Below, piece by piece: positions 17,704 through 28,732 of a stretch of DNA of 64,000 nucleotides. The stretch comes from Acidobacteriota bacterium (GTDB lineage: Bacteria; Acidobacteriota; Thermoanaerobaculia; Gp7-AA8), in the NCBI GenBank assembly GCA_019244185.1, contig JAFATB010000019.1:224001-288000 (forward strand). The letters run 5' to 3'. The notes beneath the pieces are model-generated. The model ran no database searches, was not told where the DNA came from, and saw nothing but the letters and a program-made list of their open reading frames with translations. A program made the translations under genes and the position numbers. Each line of letters starts with the position of its first letter. Position 1 is the first letter of the stretch.

Positions 17704-19005
17704 GTGGCCACGATCAAGATCATCGGCGCCGGACTCGCCGGCAGCGAATGCGCGTACGCGCTCGCGCGCCGCGGACATCGCGTCGTGCTGCACGAGATGC
17801 GTCCCGTGAAGTCGACGCAGGCGCATCACACCAGCAACCTCGCGGAGCTCGTCTGCTCGAACTCCTTCCGCTCGTCCGCGGCGACGAATGCCGTCGGCCT
17901 GCTCAAGCAGGAAATGGCGCGCGTCGGCTCGCTCGTCATCCGCTGCGGCGAAGACGCGCGCGTGCCTGCCGGCGACGCGTTCGCCGTCGATCGCGACCGC
18001 TTCTCCGCCGCCGTCACCGACGCCATCGCGAACGAGCCGAATATCTCGCTGCAGCGCGGCGAAGTGACGACGCTCGATCGCGGCGACGCCGACTTTCTCG
18101 TCGTCGCCACCGGTCCGCTGACGAGCGATCCGCTCTTTCACGCCATCGACGAATTTCTCGGCCGCGACGGCTTGTATTTCTACGACGCCATCGCGCCGAT
18201 CGTCGCCGCCGACTCGCTCGATTTCTCGAAGCTCTACTGGAAATCGCGCTACGGCAAAGGCAACGCAACCGACTACCTCAACGCGGCGATGAACCGCGAA
18301 GAGTACGAAGCGTTCGTCGCGGCGCTCCTTTCCGCCGAGCTCTTCGCGCCGCACGACTTCGAGAAAGCGGTGCACTTCGAAGGCTGCCTGCCGGTCGAGG
18401 AGATCGCCTCGCGCGGCATCGACACGCTGCGCTTCGGCCCGATGAAACCGGTCGGCCTCGAACATCCGGAGACCAACGAGCGGCCGCACGCGGTCGTGCA
18501 GCTGCGCAAGGAAGATCTCTCCGACGAATACTTCAACCTCGTCGGCTTCCAGACCAAGATGCGTATCCCCGAACAGCAGCGCGTCATCCGCATGATTCCG
18601 GGACTCGCGAACGCCACCTTCGCGCGCTTCGGCTCGATGCATCGCAACACGTTCATCAACGGCCCGCGCCATCTGCGCGCGACGTTTCAAACGAAACGCG
18701 ACGAGCGCGTCTTCTTCGCCGGACAGATCACCGGCGTCGAAGGCTACGTCGAGTCGTCCGCCGTCGGCCTCCTCGTCGCGCGCTACATCGACGAGCTCGC
18801 GCGCACCGGCACCGCGACGCCGCTCCCGTATCACACCGCCCTCGGCGCGCTCGGGCGCCACGTCGCGGAGTCGTCGCCCGATCGCTACCAGCCGTCGAAC
18901 GTGACGTGGGCGCTGATCGAAGATGTCGTCGGCCGCGCGAAGAAAATCGAGAAGCGCGAGCGGCAGGCCGCGGCGGCGCTGTCGACGATCGAAAAAATCG
19001 CGTGA
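17704..19005 (+). CDS. trmFO: Methylenetetrahydrofolate-tRNA-(uracil-5-)-methyltransferase
   Basis: GAGLAGSE, AELVCSNS, FEGCLPVE, GPMKPVGL and FAGQITGVEGYVES. Confidence 0.95.
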   Translation: MATIKIIGAGLAGSECAYALARRGHRVVLHEMRPVKSTQAHHTSNLAELVCSNSFRSSAATNAVGLLKQEMARVGSLVIRCGEDARVPAGDAFAVDRDRFSAAVTDAIANEPNISLQRGEVTTLDRGDADFLVVATGPLTSDPLFHAIDEFLGRDGLYFYDAIAPIVAADSLDFSKLYWKSRYGKGNATDYLNAAMNREEYEAFVAALLSAELFAPHDFEKAVHFEGCLPVEEIASRGIDTLRFGPMKPVGLEHPETNERPHAVVQLRKEDLSDEYFNLVGFQTKMRIPEQQRVIRMIPGLANATFARFGSMHRNTFINGPRHLRATFQTKRDERVFFAGQITGVEGYVESSAVGLLVARYIDELARTGTATPLPYHTALGALGRHVAESSPDRYQPSNVTWALIEDVVGRAKKIEKRERQAAAALSTIEKIA

Positions 19006-19043
19006 CCCGGTAGGGAAACACGCGCGGCGCGCACTCCTTGGAC

Positions 19044-20630
19044 ATGCCGCTATCGCAGATCGAGCACATCGTCGTCGTAATGCTGGAGAACCGGTCGTTC
19101 GACAACGTTCTCGGCTGGCTCTACGACGCGCGCAACGCGCCGCCATTCCAGACGCCGCCGAACGATGCGACCTTCGACGGACTCTCCGGCGCGAACGCCT
19201 CGAATCCGTACAACGGCAGGAACGTCCCCGCCGCGTACGGCAGCGCGAACACGACGCCGAATCCCGATCCGAACGAGGAGTATCAGTACGTCTACGCGCA
19301 GCTGAACGGCGGCGCCGGCATCCTGCCGTTCCCGCCTCCGCCGTTGCCGTCGTGCACGGATACGCCGCCGCCCGACATGCAGGGCTTCATCAATGACTAC
19401 GCGGAAGCGCTGCAGACGGAGGCGCCGCACCAAGACCCGACGGCGATCATGGACTGCTTCACGCCGGCGCAGTTGCCGGTGATCTCGACGCTCGCGAACG
19501 CGTACGCTACGTGCGACGCGTGGTTCTGTTCCGTGCCGTCGCAGACGTACACGAACCGCTCGTTCGTCCACGCCGGCACCGCGTCGGGTTACGTCAACAA
19601 CTCGTGGAAGAACCCCGGCTTTCCGCCGCTCGAGTTCTTCGTCAACGACACGCCGACGATCTACAACCTGCTCGAGAACGCCGGCGTCTCGTGGCGCATC
19701 TACTACGGCACCGCGCTCTTTCTCTGCCAGGCGTTTCTCAATCAGCACCAGCTGCGGCCGTTCGCCCTCGACTCCTCGCAGCGCCGCTTCTTCCCGTTCG
19801 CGCAGTTCGCCGCCGACGCCGCGGATGCATCGACCTTCCCGAGCTACGTCTTCATCGAGCCGAACTTCATCGGCAACCCGTGGACGGGACCGGAGAACGA
19901 CGAGCATCCGCAGGCGACGCCGACCGAGGAGGGAGGCGCGTCGAATGTCGAATACGGAGAGGAGTTGCTGTCGAACATCTATTGGACGCTGCGCGGCAAC
20001 GAGGAGCTGTGGAACTCGACGCTGCTGGTGATCCTGTTCGACGAGCACGGCGGGACGTTCGACCACGTGCCTCCGCCGTGCACGATCTCACCCGATGGCG
20101 TGACGGTCGCGAACGCCGGCGGCTACAGCTTCAACTTCGATCGACTCGGCGTGCGCGTGCCCGCGGTGCTCGTCTCGCCGCTCATCGATCAGCAGGTGGT
20201 GCACACGCAGTTCGATCACACCTCCGTGCTGCGCACGGCCATCGAACGCTTTCTGCCGAACGGCACGACGCTCGGCCAGCGCGAGACCGCGGCGTCGTCG
20301 CTCGATGCGATCATCAATCGCACGACGCCGCGCACCGACGATCCCGGCGTGCCGAAGATCACCATCGGCTGGACGCCCGACGACTTCACGATCGAGGATC
20401 CGAAGCTCTCCAAGTTTCAGCGCGAGCTCCTCGCACACGCGATCATCGCGGCCGGCGACGCCGCAAAAGACCTCGGCATCGCCGGCCCCATTCTCGATTT
20501 CCTCGCGCATCTCGCCGGCGACGTCGCGGGCCTCTTCGCGTGGCTCGACCGCCGGTCGGATGCGATCGGCATCGTTCGCCACCTGCTCACGCTCGAGGAA
20601 CATCTCTTCGGCGATCAACGGATCGTGTAG
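19044..20630 (+). CDS. Phosphoesterase / phospholipase C family protein
   Basis: IEHIVVVMLENRSFDN, QTYTNRSF, FDEHGGTFDHVPPP and LGVRVPAVLVSP. Confidence 0.9.
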   Translation: MPLSQIEHIVVVMLENRSFDNVLGWLYDARNAPPFQTPPNDATFDGLSGANASNPYNGRNVPAAYGSANTTPNPDPNEEYQYVYAQLNGGAGILPFPPPPLPSCTDTPPPDMQGFINDYAEALQTEAPHQDPTAIMDCFTPAQLPVISTLANAYATCDAWFCSVPSQTYTNRSFVHAGTASGYVNNSWKNPGFPPLEFFVNDTPTIYNLLENAGVSWRIYYGTALFLCQAFLNQHQLRPFALDSSQRRFFPFAQFAADAADASTFPSYVFIEPNFIGNPWTGPENDEHPQATPTEEGGASNVEYGEELLSNIYWTLRGNEELWNSTLLVILFDEHGGTFDHVPPPCTISPDGVTVANAGGYSFNFDRLGVRVPAVLVSPLIDQQVVHTQFDHTSVLRTAIERFLPNGTTLGQRETAASSLDAIINRTTPRTDDPGVPKITIGWTPDDFTIEDPKLSKFQRELLAHAIIAAGDAAKDLGIAGPILDFLAHLAGDVAGLFAWLDRRSDAIGIVRHLLTLEEHLFGDQRIV

Positions 20631-22453
20631 CGCAGCCCCGCGACGGCACGCCGCCCCGGCGACGCGTAGCCGAACACTTCCTGATAGCGCGTGTTCGTGA
20701 GGTTCTCCAGCTTCACGTACGGCGCGAGAGCGCCGACGTGCGTGCGCACGGTGACGTCCGCGGTGGTGAACGCTTCCGCGTTGACGGTGCCGAACGGGAA
20801 GAGATCGGTGACGTCGGCGCGCGCGCCCTGATGCGTCACGACGAGCTCCGCGTCATAGTTGCCGGCGTTGTAGCCGAACGACAGCGACCCGCTGTGCTTC
20901 GGACGGCGCAGCAGTTCCTCACCCGTCGCCTGATCTTCCGTCTTCAGAAACGTGTAGCTGAGCGCGACGTCGAACGGTCCCGCGTGATGCGAAGCCGCGA
21001 GCTCGACGCCGTTCGCGTTCGCGCGCTGCACGTTCTCGAACGAGCCGCTGCTGCCGAACGCGATGAGGCCGCGGTACTGCGAGCGGAACAGCGTCGCGGA
21101 GAGCGTCGCAACGTTCGTGAAGCGGTCATAGCCGATCTCGACGTTGCGGCTGCGCTCGGGGCCGAGGTTCAGATTGCCGCCGAACGGGAAATAGAGCTCG
21201 CCGATCGACGGCGCGCGGAAGCCTTCGCCGTACGCCGCGCGGATCTTGTGTCCGCCGCGCAGCCACGCCGCGGCGAGGCGCGGTGTGGTCTCGCTGCCGA
21301 AGGTGTCGTAGTGGTCGTAGCGGATACCCGCTGTGAGTTCAACGCGTCCGCTGCCGGCGCCGAATCCGAGCTGGTCTTCCGCGAACACCGAGTCGCTCTT
21401 GCGGCGGCGCGTGTCGAACTGCGCGAAGTTGTCGCGATGATCGACGGCGTCGCGACCGAGCTCGCCGCCGATCGTGATCATGCCGAGCGCGCTCTTACCG
21501 CTCGCGGTCGCGCGCGCCGTGCGGACGCGCGCGTGCGTCGTCGCCTCCTCGGGACCGAACGCGCCGAGGGGATCGGCGAAGTGATCGTCGCGACGGTTCT
21601 CCGCGTAATGCAGCTCGTACGCGATGCGGCCGCCGTCGAAACGCACCGGCACGGCGAACTGCGACTCGGTGCCGTCTTCGCCGCGCGCGGGCGACGGCTC
21701 GAACGCGTCCGCCGCAGCGTTGACGTTGAACGGAATGCCGAGATCGTACGTGCTGCGCCGTCCGAGCACGCCGATCGACAGATGATCGATCGGACGGAAC
21801 GTGAGTCCGCCCAGGAACGTGGTCGAGCGGAAGTCGTCGTTGGCGGCGAAGCCGTCGTCCTGACGATGTTCCGCGCTCGCGTTCGCGCTCCAGCGATCGG
21901 ACGCGTACGCGCCGCTCGCCAGCGCGTTGACCAGACCGTGGCCGCCGCCCGCGACTTCCACGACCGCGCCGCTGCGGCTCGGAGTCGTCAACACGTTGAC
22001 CACTCCGCTGACGGCCTCGGAACCGTACAGCGCCGAGAACGGACCGCGCACGACTTCCACGCGCTCGACGCCCGCTGTCGACATCTGCCCGAAGTTGTAG
22101 CCGGAGAAGTACGGGTTGTTGAGCGGGATGCCGTTCCACAGCACGAGCGCCTGCTTCGAGCTGCCGCCGCGAATGAAGAGCGACGTCGCCTTGCCGTTGC
22201 TGCCGGTGCGCGAGACGGCGACGCCCGGCACTTCGCGCAGAACGTCGGAGACGTCGCGCGCCTCGCGGCGTTCGATGTCCTCGCGATGAATGACCGTCAC
22301 GGAAGCCGGCGTCTCCTCGACGGAGTCCGGCACCGCGGAGGCCGTGACGACGATCTCCTGCGCGACGGGTTGCGTGGTTGTTGTGGTGGTGGTGGTTTGT
22401 GCGGCGAGTGGTGAGACGAGCAGAAAAACGAAAACGAAATGCAGTAGCTTCAC
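20615..22453 (-). CDS. btuB: TonB-dependent cobalamin receptor
   Basis: Signal peptide, TonB box EIVVTAS, plug motif ERVEVVRGPFSALYGSEAVSGVVN and barrel C-terminus; lies downstream of a B12 riboswitch. Confidence 0.85.
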   Translation of the reverse strand: MKLLHFVFVFLLVSPLAAQTTTTTTTTQPVAQEIVVTASAVPDSVEETPASVTVIHREDIERREARDVSDVLREVPGVAVSRTGSNGKATSLFIRGGSSKQALVLWNGIPLNNPYFSGYNFGQMSTAGVERVEVVRGPFSALYGSEAVSGVVNVLTTPSRSGAVVEVAGGGHGLVNALASGAYASDRWSANASAEHRQDDGFAANDDFRSTTFLGGLTFRPIDHLSIGVLGRRSTYDLGIPFNVNAAADAFEPSPARGEDGTESQFAVPVRFDGGRIAYELHYAENRRDDHFADPLGAFGPEEATTHARVRTARATASGKSALGMITIGGELGRDAVDHRDNFAQFDTRRRKSDSVFAEDQLGFGAGSGRVELTAGIRYDHYDTFGSETTPRLAAAWLRGGHKIRAAYGEGFRAPSIGELYFPFGGNLNLGPERSRNVEIGYDRFTNVATLSATLFRSQYRGLIAFGSSGSFENVQRANANGVELAASHHAGPFDVALSYTFLKTEDQATGEELLRRPKHSGSLSFGYNAGNYDAELVVTHQGARADVTDLFPFGTVNAEAFTTADVTVRTHVGALAPYVKLENLTNTRYQEVFGYASPGRRAVAGLRYTIR

Positions 22454-22493
22454 GACGACTCCTCCCTCCGAAGAGGCCGATGCGATTCGAATG

Positions 22494-22652
22494 TTCGAGC
22501 GGTCGGTCTCCTGGCTTCCGGGTCGTCCTTCCCACGTCCCCTTCCCGCTGTCGCAGTGGGGGCCCGCGAGGGCCAAGGCGTGGGTCGTCTCCGGTTACAG
22601 TGGCGGGGGCCGCGCCGGTTTCACACCGGCTTCCCGTTCACCGTCTCGAACG
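22494..22652 (-). promoter_or_regulatory. Cobalamin riboswitch
   Basis: Minus strand reads GGGAAGCCGGTGTGAAACCGGCGCGGCCCCCGCCACTGTAA...CCACTG...GGGAAGG...AAGCCAGGAGACC (B12 box), upstream of btuB. Ends are approximate. Confidence 0.92.
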
Positions 22653-22681
22653 CAAATTGGAAAAGAACAGGGGCCGCGATT

Positions 22682-23998
22682 CTACTGCGTTCGCGGCCGA
22701 TTCCTGAATTTGTCGTAGAGCAGCGTGTGCCGCGACTGCATCGAAATGTCTTCGCCGTTGATGAAGACGCGTTTTACGTTTGTGCGCAGCTCGAGCGGAT
22801 CACCGTCGGTGATGATGACGTTCGCGATCTTCCCGACTTCGAGCGAGCCGAGACGATCGGCGACGCCGAAGATGCGCGCGGGATAGATCGTGATCGCCTT
22901 GAGCGCCTCATCTTTTGGCAGCCCGAACGCCGCGCACGCGGCCGCGTGATACGGCAGGTTGCGCGTGTTGTGCGCCTCGTCGGTCTTGATCGCGAAGAGG
23001 ATGCCGTTGTCGAGCAGCGTCTTCGCGTTCGTGAAGAGCAGATCGTACGGATCGTCTTCGCGCTGCGGCAGCGCGAGCGTCGGCCCGAGGAGCACCGGGA
23101 TGTTGCGCTGCTTGAGGTCGGGGATCACTTCGGCCACGTCCTGCGCGCCGGAGAGAATCACCTTCAAGTTGAATTCGTCCGCGAACGCCAGCGCCGCGCG
23201 GATGTCGCGCGCGAGGTTCGCATGCATCACGACCGGCTCGCGTCCTTCCACGACCGGGACGAGCGCCTCCAGAATGAGGTCGCGGTCGAAGCGATGCACG
23301 TCCTTGTTCGACGCGCGCGCTGACGCCGCGCGCGCGTACGCCTGCGCGTCGCGGAAGACGTCGCGCAGCTTGTCGATCTCCGCCGCGTACGTCTTGCGCC
23401 GGTTCTTCTCCGCTTCCTCGTCCTGCGGCACGTCGCCGAAGTCGCCGCTGCGCAGGCGCGGGAACCGAATGTTCATCGCCGCGGGCGACTTGATCACCAT
23501 CTCCTGCGGCGTCCAGCCCGCGAGCTGAATGAGCGCGCTCTGGCCGGAGATGATGCCGCCTTCGGGAACGGTGACGATGTTCGTGACGCCGTTCACGCGC
23601 GTCACCGGAATGAGCTCGCTGTGCGGATTGATGGCGACCGCAGCGCTCGCGTTCGCGTTGAAGTCGCCGAGCTCCGTCGTGTCGACCGTGCCGGGCACCG
23701 AGTCGATCTCCGTGAGCCCGACGCTCGACGACGCGTCGATCATCCCCGGATAGACGAAGAGCCCCGTGCCGTCGATGACCGTCGCATTCGCCGGAACCGC
23801 GACGTTCGCGCCGACGGCCGTGATGACACCGTTGCCGAAGACGATCGTGCCGTTCGGAATCGGCGCCGACGTAACGGGAACGATCGTCGCGTTGCGGATC
23901 GCGACGAGCGGTTTCACGCCCGGATCGTTCGGAATGACGGACTGCCCGAACGCCGCCGAGCCGGCAAGCAGCAGCGCGGCAAAGAAGACCTTCCTCAT
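22682..23998 (-). CDS. Exported amidohydrolase-family protein (lacks HxH)
   Basis: Signal peptide; [14 protein letters not shown] followed by ASS instead of HxH; [10 protein letters not shown]. Confidence 0.85.
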   Translation of the reverse strand: MRKVFFAALLLAGSAAFGQSVIPNDPGVKPLVAIRNATIVPVTSAPIPNGTIVFGNGVITAVGANVAVPANATVIDGTGLFVYPGMIDASSSVGLTEIDSVPGTVDTTELGDFNANASAAVAINPHSELIPVTRVNGVTNIVTVPEGGIISGQSALIQLAGWTPQEMVIKSPAAMNIRFPRLRSGDFGDVPQDEEAEKNRRKTYAAEIDKLRDVFRDAQAYARAASARASNKDVHRFDRDLILEALVPVVEGREPVVMHANLARDIRAALAFADEFNLKVILSGAQDVAEVIPDLKQRNIPVLLGPTLALPQREDDPYDLLFTNAKTLLDNGILFAIKTDEAHNTRNLPYHAAACAAFGLPKDEALKAITIYPARIFGVADRLGSLEVGKIANVIITDGDPLELRTNVKRVFINGEDISMQSRHTLLYDKFRNRPRTQ

Positions 23999-25314
23999 TT
24001 CGATTTCTCCTTCTTCGCGGCGTCGTCTTCCGCTTTGAGGCGCTGCTGCTTCTCGCGCTTCATCGCCTCGCGCTGCTGCAGGTCGCGCTGGCGATCGAAG
24101 ACGATCTCGCCGTCGACGAACGTCGTGTCGACGCGCGCGTACGACGATAGCGGATGCGCGGTCCAGATCGCGAGATCGGCGTCCTTGCCCACTTCGATCG
24201 AGCCCATGCGATGGTCGAGGCGCAGCTGCTTGGCCGGATTGATGGTGCAGAGCCGCAACGCCTCGTCTTCACTCAGGCCGCCGTACTTCATCGACTTCGC
24301 CGCGTCCTGATTGAGGTGCCGCGCGAGCTCGTCGGAGTCGGAGTTCACCGAGACGATCACGTTGTTCCGCGTCATGAGCGCGACGTTGTACGGGATCGCG
24401 TCATACGCCTCGGCTTTGTAGCCCCACCAGTCGATGAACGTGCCGCCGGTGACGCCGTGCGCGGCGATTTCCGGCGCGACCTTATAGCCCTCGAGCACGT
24501 GCTGCAGCTCGCGCACTTTGAACCCGAGCTCGTCGGAGAGATTGAGCAGCATCAGGATCTCATCCGCGCGATAGCAGTGCGAGTGGATGTCGACCTTGCC
24601 GCGCAGGATGTCCGCCATCTCTTCCATGAGCAGATCGCGGCGCGGCGGGATCGCATCTTCGCCGCGCTTCTTCTTCGCGTCGTACTCGTCCCACGCCGCG
24701 AGGTAATCGCGCGCGTCGACGAACGACTTGCGGATCACTTCCTCGACGCCCATGCGCGTGGCCGGATACTGGCGCGGCTGGCCTTCGGGCGGCCGGAAGT
24801 TCGCGGATTTCGGGTTCTCGCCGAGCGCGAACTTGATCGTGCGCGGCGCATCGGGGATCGGCCACTCGGAGATCGGATGGCCCCACTTCCACTTCACGAT
24901 CTGGCTCTGGCCGCCAATCGAGTTCGCGGAGCCGTGCAGCACGAGCGCGGCGGTCGTGCCGCCGGCGAGCTGGCGATACACGTTGATGTCCGTCGCCGTG
25001 AGTACGTCGGCGATGCGCACGTTGCCGCTGTTCGGCAGCGAGATCTCGTTGACGCTGCCTTCGATCGCGGTGTGGCTGTGCGTGTCGATGATGCCGGGCA
25101 GCACGAACTTGCCGCTCGCGTCGATGACCTGCGCGCCCGCCGGCGCGGCGAGGTCGCGGCCGACCGCGGCGATCTTCGTGCCGCGAATGAGCACCGAGCC
25201 GTTCTCGATCGTGCCGTTGGTGATCGTGAGGATGGTCGCGTTGCGGATGAGCGTGACGCGCTCCTGCGCGAACGCGCTGCAGGCGAACAGCAGAACTGCG
25301 ACGAGCTTTCTCAT
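23995..25314 (-). CDS. Exported amidohydrolase-family protein (metal ligands present)
   Basis: [16 protein letters not shown] signal; [27 protein letters not shown] and [10 protein letters not shown]. Confidence 0.9.
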   Translation of the reverse strand: MRKLVAVLLFACSAFAQERVTLIRNATILTITNGTIENGSVLIRGTKIAAVGRDLAAPAGAQVIDASGKFVLPGIIDTHSHTAIEGSVNEISLPNSGNVRIADVLTATDINVYRQLAGGTTAALVLHGSANSIGGQSQIVKWKWGHPISEWPIPDAPRTIKFALGENPKSANFRPPEGQPRQYPATRMGVEEVIRKSFVDARDYLAAWDEYDAKKKRGEDAIPPRRDLLMEEMADILRGKVDIHSHCYRADEILMLLNLSDELGFKVRELQHVLEGYKVAPEIAAHGVTGGTFIDWWGYKAEAYDAIPYNVALMTRNNVIVSVNSDSDELARHLNQDAAKSMKYGGLSEDEALRLCTINPAKQLRLDHRMGSIEVGKDADLAIWTAHPLSSYARVDTTFVDGEIVFDRQRDLQQREAMKREKQQRLKAEDDAAKKEKSK

Positions 25315-26906
25315 TTCGAACGGCTCCCGCTGAATTCGAAATTGCCGAGGGTCGTGCTGACGGTGCCGGAGATCGCATCGCCATCGAGCTTGCCGCGGAA
25401 CGCCCAGTCGGTCGCTTCCGCTCCGTTCTGCGCGTTCGCGGAGATGGTGAAGTCGAACGTCGTGCCGTCGAACGAGCCGCCGCGGATGTCGCCCGAGCCG
25501 CGATCTCCCGCGAACGTGCCGCTGAGATGTCCATCCTCGGAATGCAGCGTCACCGTGATGGCGACGCCGCCCTGCGGCGCGCGCACGGTGAGATTCCACG
25601 TGCCGTCGATCGGCGACGCCGCGCTCGGACCTTCTTTCTTGTCGTCCTTCGGCAGGCGGAGCTCGCGGCCGTCGACGAAGACGTGCGTGAGCTTCGCGTT
25701 CTTGTCGAAGAGCGGCCGGTCGCTGACGATGACGTTCGCGATCTTGCCGCGTTCGAGCGTGCCGAGCTGGCGGTCGACGCCGAAGATGCGCGCCGGCGCG
25801 ATCGTCGTCGCGCGCAATGCGTCGTCGGCGCTGAGGCCGTTCTCGATCGCCTTGCGGATGCCGGGCAGAAAGTCTCCCGCTTTGCCGGAGCCGCTGACGA
25901 GTGCGAACGCGGCGCCGCTCTTCGCCAGCGCGGCGGGCGAAGTCGGCGCGAGCTGGCGGTCGCGGATGATGCGCAGCGGCTGCTCGGCGCGATCGTCCTT
26001 GTCCGCCGGCGCGACCGGCCACTTCACGGAGACGAGCGTCGGAATGCTCTTCAGATCGTTCGCGATCGCATACGCCTGCCGCGCGCCGGAGAGCACGTAG
26101 CGCAGGTTGAACTCGCGCGCGATCGCCTGCGCGCGGCGCATCATCTCTTCGGAGTCGGCGACGAAGACGACCGGCACTTCGCCGCGCAGCACCGGCTGCA
26201 ACGCGTCGAGCGCGGCGTTCTCCGGCGGACGCTGCAGGCCCGCGGGATGACGCTCGTACGTCGCGCGCGCGGCGCCGTGCTGCTGCGCGTCGAGGAAGGT
26301 TTGCCGGATGTACGAGATGACGCCCATCAGGCTGTCCGGATACGTCCACGTCGGCCGCGTGTTGAACGCGATCTGCAGCGCCGCGGGACTCTTCACGACG
26401 CGCGAGTCCGCCGCGCCGCCGAGGTTGAGGACGACCGACTGGCCCTGAAAGATGCCGACGGACGGCGCGGTGACGATGGTCGTGACGCCGGTGGCGCGGC
26501 GCGCGTCGAGCTCGTCGTCGGAGAGCTTGACGTTGCGCATCGCGAGCGAGTCGGGCGACGGCTCCTGCGTGTCGTCGGACGTCTGCGCCGGACGGCGGCG
26601 TCCTTCGCTGCGCGCTGGCGCGGTGAAGCCGGCGGACGTCTGCGCGTCGATCAGGCCGGGATAGACGTGCGCGCCGCGCGCGTCGATCGACGTCGCATCC
26701 GGCGGCACGGCTACGTTCGCGCCGACGGCTTCGATGAGGCCGTTGCGGATGACGATGGTGCCGTTCGGGATGTCAGGACCGGCGACGGGATGGATGGTCG
26801 CGCCGGTGAGCGCGTACACGCCCGGCGCGTCGGCGCGGTCGTGCGGTGCTGCGAGAAGGGTTGCGATGAGAAGAAGCAGGACGGCGACGGTTCGCCGAGT
26901 CGGCAT
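25311..26906 (-). CDS. Exported amidohydrolase-family protein (lacks HxH) with C-terminal beta domain
   Basis: Signal peptide; [10 protein letters not shown]; [10 protein letters not shown]; C-terminal IDGTWNLTV domain; GGAGGTG SD. Confidence 0.85.
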   Translation of the reverse strand: MPTRRTVAVLLLLIATLLAAPHDRADAPGVYALTGATIHPVAGPDIPNGTIVIRNGLIEAVGANVAVPPDATSIDARGAHVYPGLIDAQTSAGFTAPARSEGRRRPAQTSDDTQEPSPDSLAMRNVKLSDDELDARRATGVTTIVTAPSVGIFQGQSVVLNLGGAADSRVVKSPAALQIAFNTRPTWTYPDSLMGVISYIRQTFLDAQQHGAARATYERHPAGLQRPPENAALDALQPVLRGEVPVVFVADSEEMMRRAQAIAREFNLRYVLSGARQAYAIANDLKSIPTLVSVKWPVAPADKDDRAEQPLRIIRDRQLAPTSPAALAKSGAAFALVSGSGKAGDFLPGIRKAIENGLSADDALRATTIAPARIFGVDRQLGTLERGKIANVIVSDRPLFDKNAKLTHVFVDGRELRLPKDDKKEGPSAASPIDGTWNLTVRAPQGGVAITVTLHSEDGHLSGTFAGDRGSGDIRGGSFDGTTFDFTISANAQNGAEATDWAFRGKLDGDAISGTVSTTLGNFEFSGSRSK

Positions 26907-26941
26907 GCTCACCTCCGGGTCGCGGATTCTATCCGCAACGT

Positions 26942-28657
26942 TCACGGATGCGCGACGCTGCGCCGCTTGACCGAGCCGACCGCGATCAGATGTCCCGCGT
27001 TCTGCGTGTAGATCCGCCCGCGCGCGTCGATCGAAAGCGGCGTGTACGCCGCGCCGAGGGCGACGTCGAGGAAGATGCTCGCGCGCTGGTGCCCGTTCGC
27101 GTCGATCGCGTAGAGCACGCCATCTTCACCATTGACGTAGGTGGTGCCGCTCGCATCGACCGCGGGCGCGTTGATGCACCACTCGAAGCCGTCGGGATGA
27201 TCGTCGACGCACGCGATGGTGCCGTCCGGCTGGCGCTCGCAGGTCCGCGTGTTCGTGCTCTTGAACTGCCACTCGACATGCAGCGACGGCGAGAGTCGCG
27301 TGATGAAGTACTGCTCGGGATCGTCGAGCGTGCGTCCGGCGGGACAGAAGCGCGGGTCGCCGCAGTACGAGCCGGTTTCGCCGTAGTGATTTTCTTTCGT
27401 GATCAGCGAGTAGCTCTGATCGTGCGACCAGATGGCGGGCATCGTGTCCCAGCCGAACGGATACGCGCCGAGGTATTCGCCGGTCGCGCTGAAATGCATC
27501 AGGTGCCCCTGCGAATAGTTGTAGCGCGTGTAGGCGCCGTAAAAGACGGAGCCGTCCGGCGCGACGATCGGACACGACGTCGAGCTGTCGTTGACGGTTC
27601 CCGCGCCCGGCGTGTTGTCGGTCGGATCGACGCCGGTGTGCGCGCCCTGGCGGCAGCCGCCGGGCGCGCCGTTCGGCGGCAGCAGGACGTTGCAGCCGTC
27701 GTTGAAACGGTCGCGCATCGACGTCGTCCACTTCCACGCGAGGTTGGCGCTCAACGCGGTGATGTACGCGTAGCGGCTGTTGAACTGCGCGCGCGACACG
27801 ACGTAGACCGTGCCGTCGCTCCCGAACGCCGGCGCCGTATTCACGCCGGGCCGCTGCGTGCCGCACGGCGCGGAGGGCGGAACCGCGTCGGGCGACGGCG
27901 GCCACGGAAGCGAGGTGGTGAACGCGGTCACGCAAGGAGCGGTCGCCGCGGGCGCACCGACGGCGAGACTGCTGTACGCAACGCGCGCGGTCGCGCCGGA
28001 TTGCGCCACCCGCACGAGCCACGATTGCGGCATGTCGCTCGTCCACGGATGGATGGTGTTGGGCTGCATCGCGTTGTAGTAGATGTCGCCCGCGGGACTG
28101 ATGACGAGCGGCCCCGAAACGTAGATGGTCGGATCGAACGACGGAAACGGATTGATGCGCTCCGCCGCCCCCGTCGCGCGATCGACGCGCAGAATCGTGC
28201 CCCCGGCCGCGGGCAGATAGACGGATTGCGCGGTGAGCGCCGGATGAAACACCGGCTCGAAGAACGGACCGGCACCGCCTTCCGCGGCCGGCACCGGCTT
28301 CCAGTCCGCCGGCGCGATCCACTGCTGCACGAGGTGGCCGTTGATCCAGCGCCGGTCGACGACGTTCCACGACTGCGTCTGCCAGTCGTCCGACGTGTAC
28401 TGGCCGCTCTTCATGACCATGTAGACGTCGTCGCCATCCGTGAGCGGCGCCTGAAAATGCGCGAGCAACGCGCCGCCGCTGTCCTGCAGCTCCGCGTCGA
28501 GGAACGGATCGTAGACGTAGTCGGCGAGGATCGCCGTGAGCGCCTGCCCGACCACGGGAGAGGAGCCGGTATGCTGCGGATCGCGACCCCACTGCGGCCA
28601 CTGCGCGTGCGCGGCGAGCGCGGTGTACACGACGAGGGCGAGCAGGGTTCGTCTCAT
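26942..28657 (-). CDS. Secreted PQQ-like beta-propeller protein
   Basis: Signal peptide, WPQWGRDPQHTG start, repeated PAxxxDGTVYV-type blades, C-terminal KRRSVAHP. Confidence 0.75.
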   Translation of the reverse strand: MRRTLLALVVYTALAAHAQWPQWGRDPQHTGSSPVVGQALTAILADYVYDPFLDAELQDSGGALLAHFQAPLTDGDDVYMVMKSGQYTSDDWQTQSWNVVDRRWINGHLVQQWIAPADWKPVPAAEGGAGPFFEPVFHPALTAQSVYLPAAGGTILRVDRATGAAERINPFPSFDPTIYVSGPLVISPAGDIYYNAMQPNTIHPWTSDMPQSWLVRVAQSGATARVAYSSLAVGAPAATAPCVTAFTTSLPWPPSPDAVPPSAPCGTQRPGVNTAPAFGSDGTVYVVSRAQFNSRYAYITALSANLAWKWTTSMRDRFNDGCNVLLPPNGAPGGCRQGAHTGVDPTDNTPGAGTVNDSSTSCPIVAPDGSVFYGAYTRYNYSQGHLMHFSATGEYLGAYPFGWDTMPAIWSHDQSYSLITKENHYGETGSYCGDPRFCPAGRTLDDPEQYFITRLSPSLHVEWQFKSTNTRTCERQPDGTIACVDDHPDGFEWCINAPAVDASGTTYVNGEDGVLYAIDANGHQRASIFLDVALGAAYTPLSIDARGRIYTQNAGHLIAVGSVKRRSVAHP

Positions 28658-28732
28658 GGCCACGGAATCATACCCTTCGAAAATTGACTCGCCTCCGGCC
28701 CTTCGCTACCCTCATCCTCTCTCGGAGCCACC

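Noticed and set aside
22370-22400. (GTG/GTT)n microsatellite as a phase-variation tract
   Set aside because: In-frame poly-Thr linker after the BtuB signal peptide; triplet changes would not shift the frame.
25315-26349. Upstream extension making the middle amidohydrolase 784 aa
   Set aside because: It overlaps the preceding amidohydrolase in another frame; the real start with signal peptide is ATG 25314.
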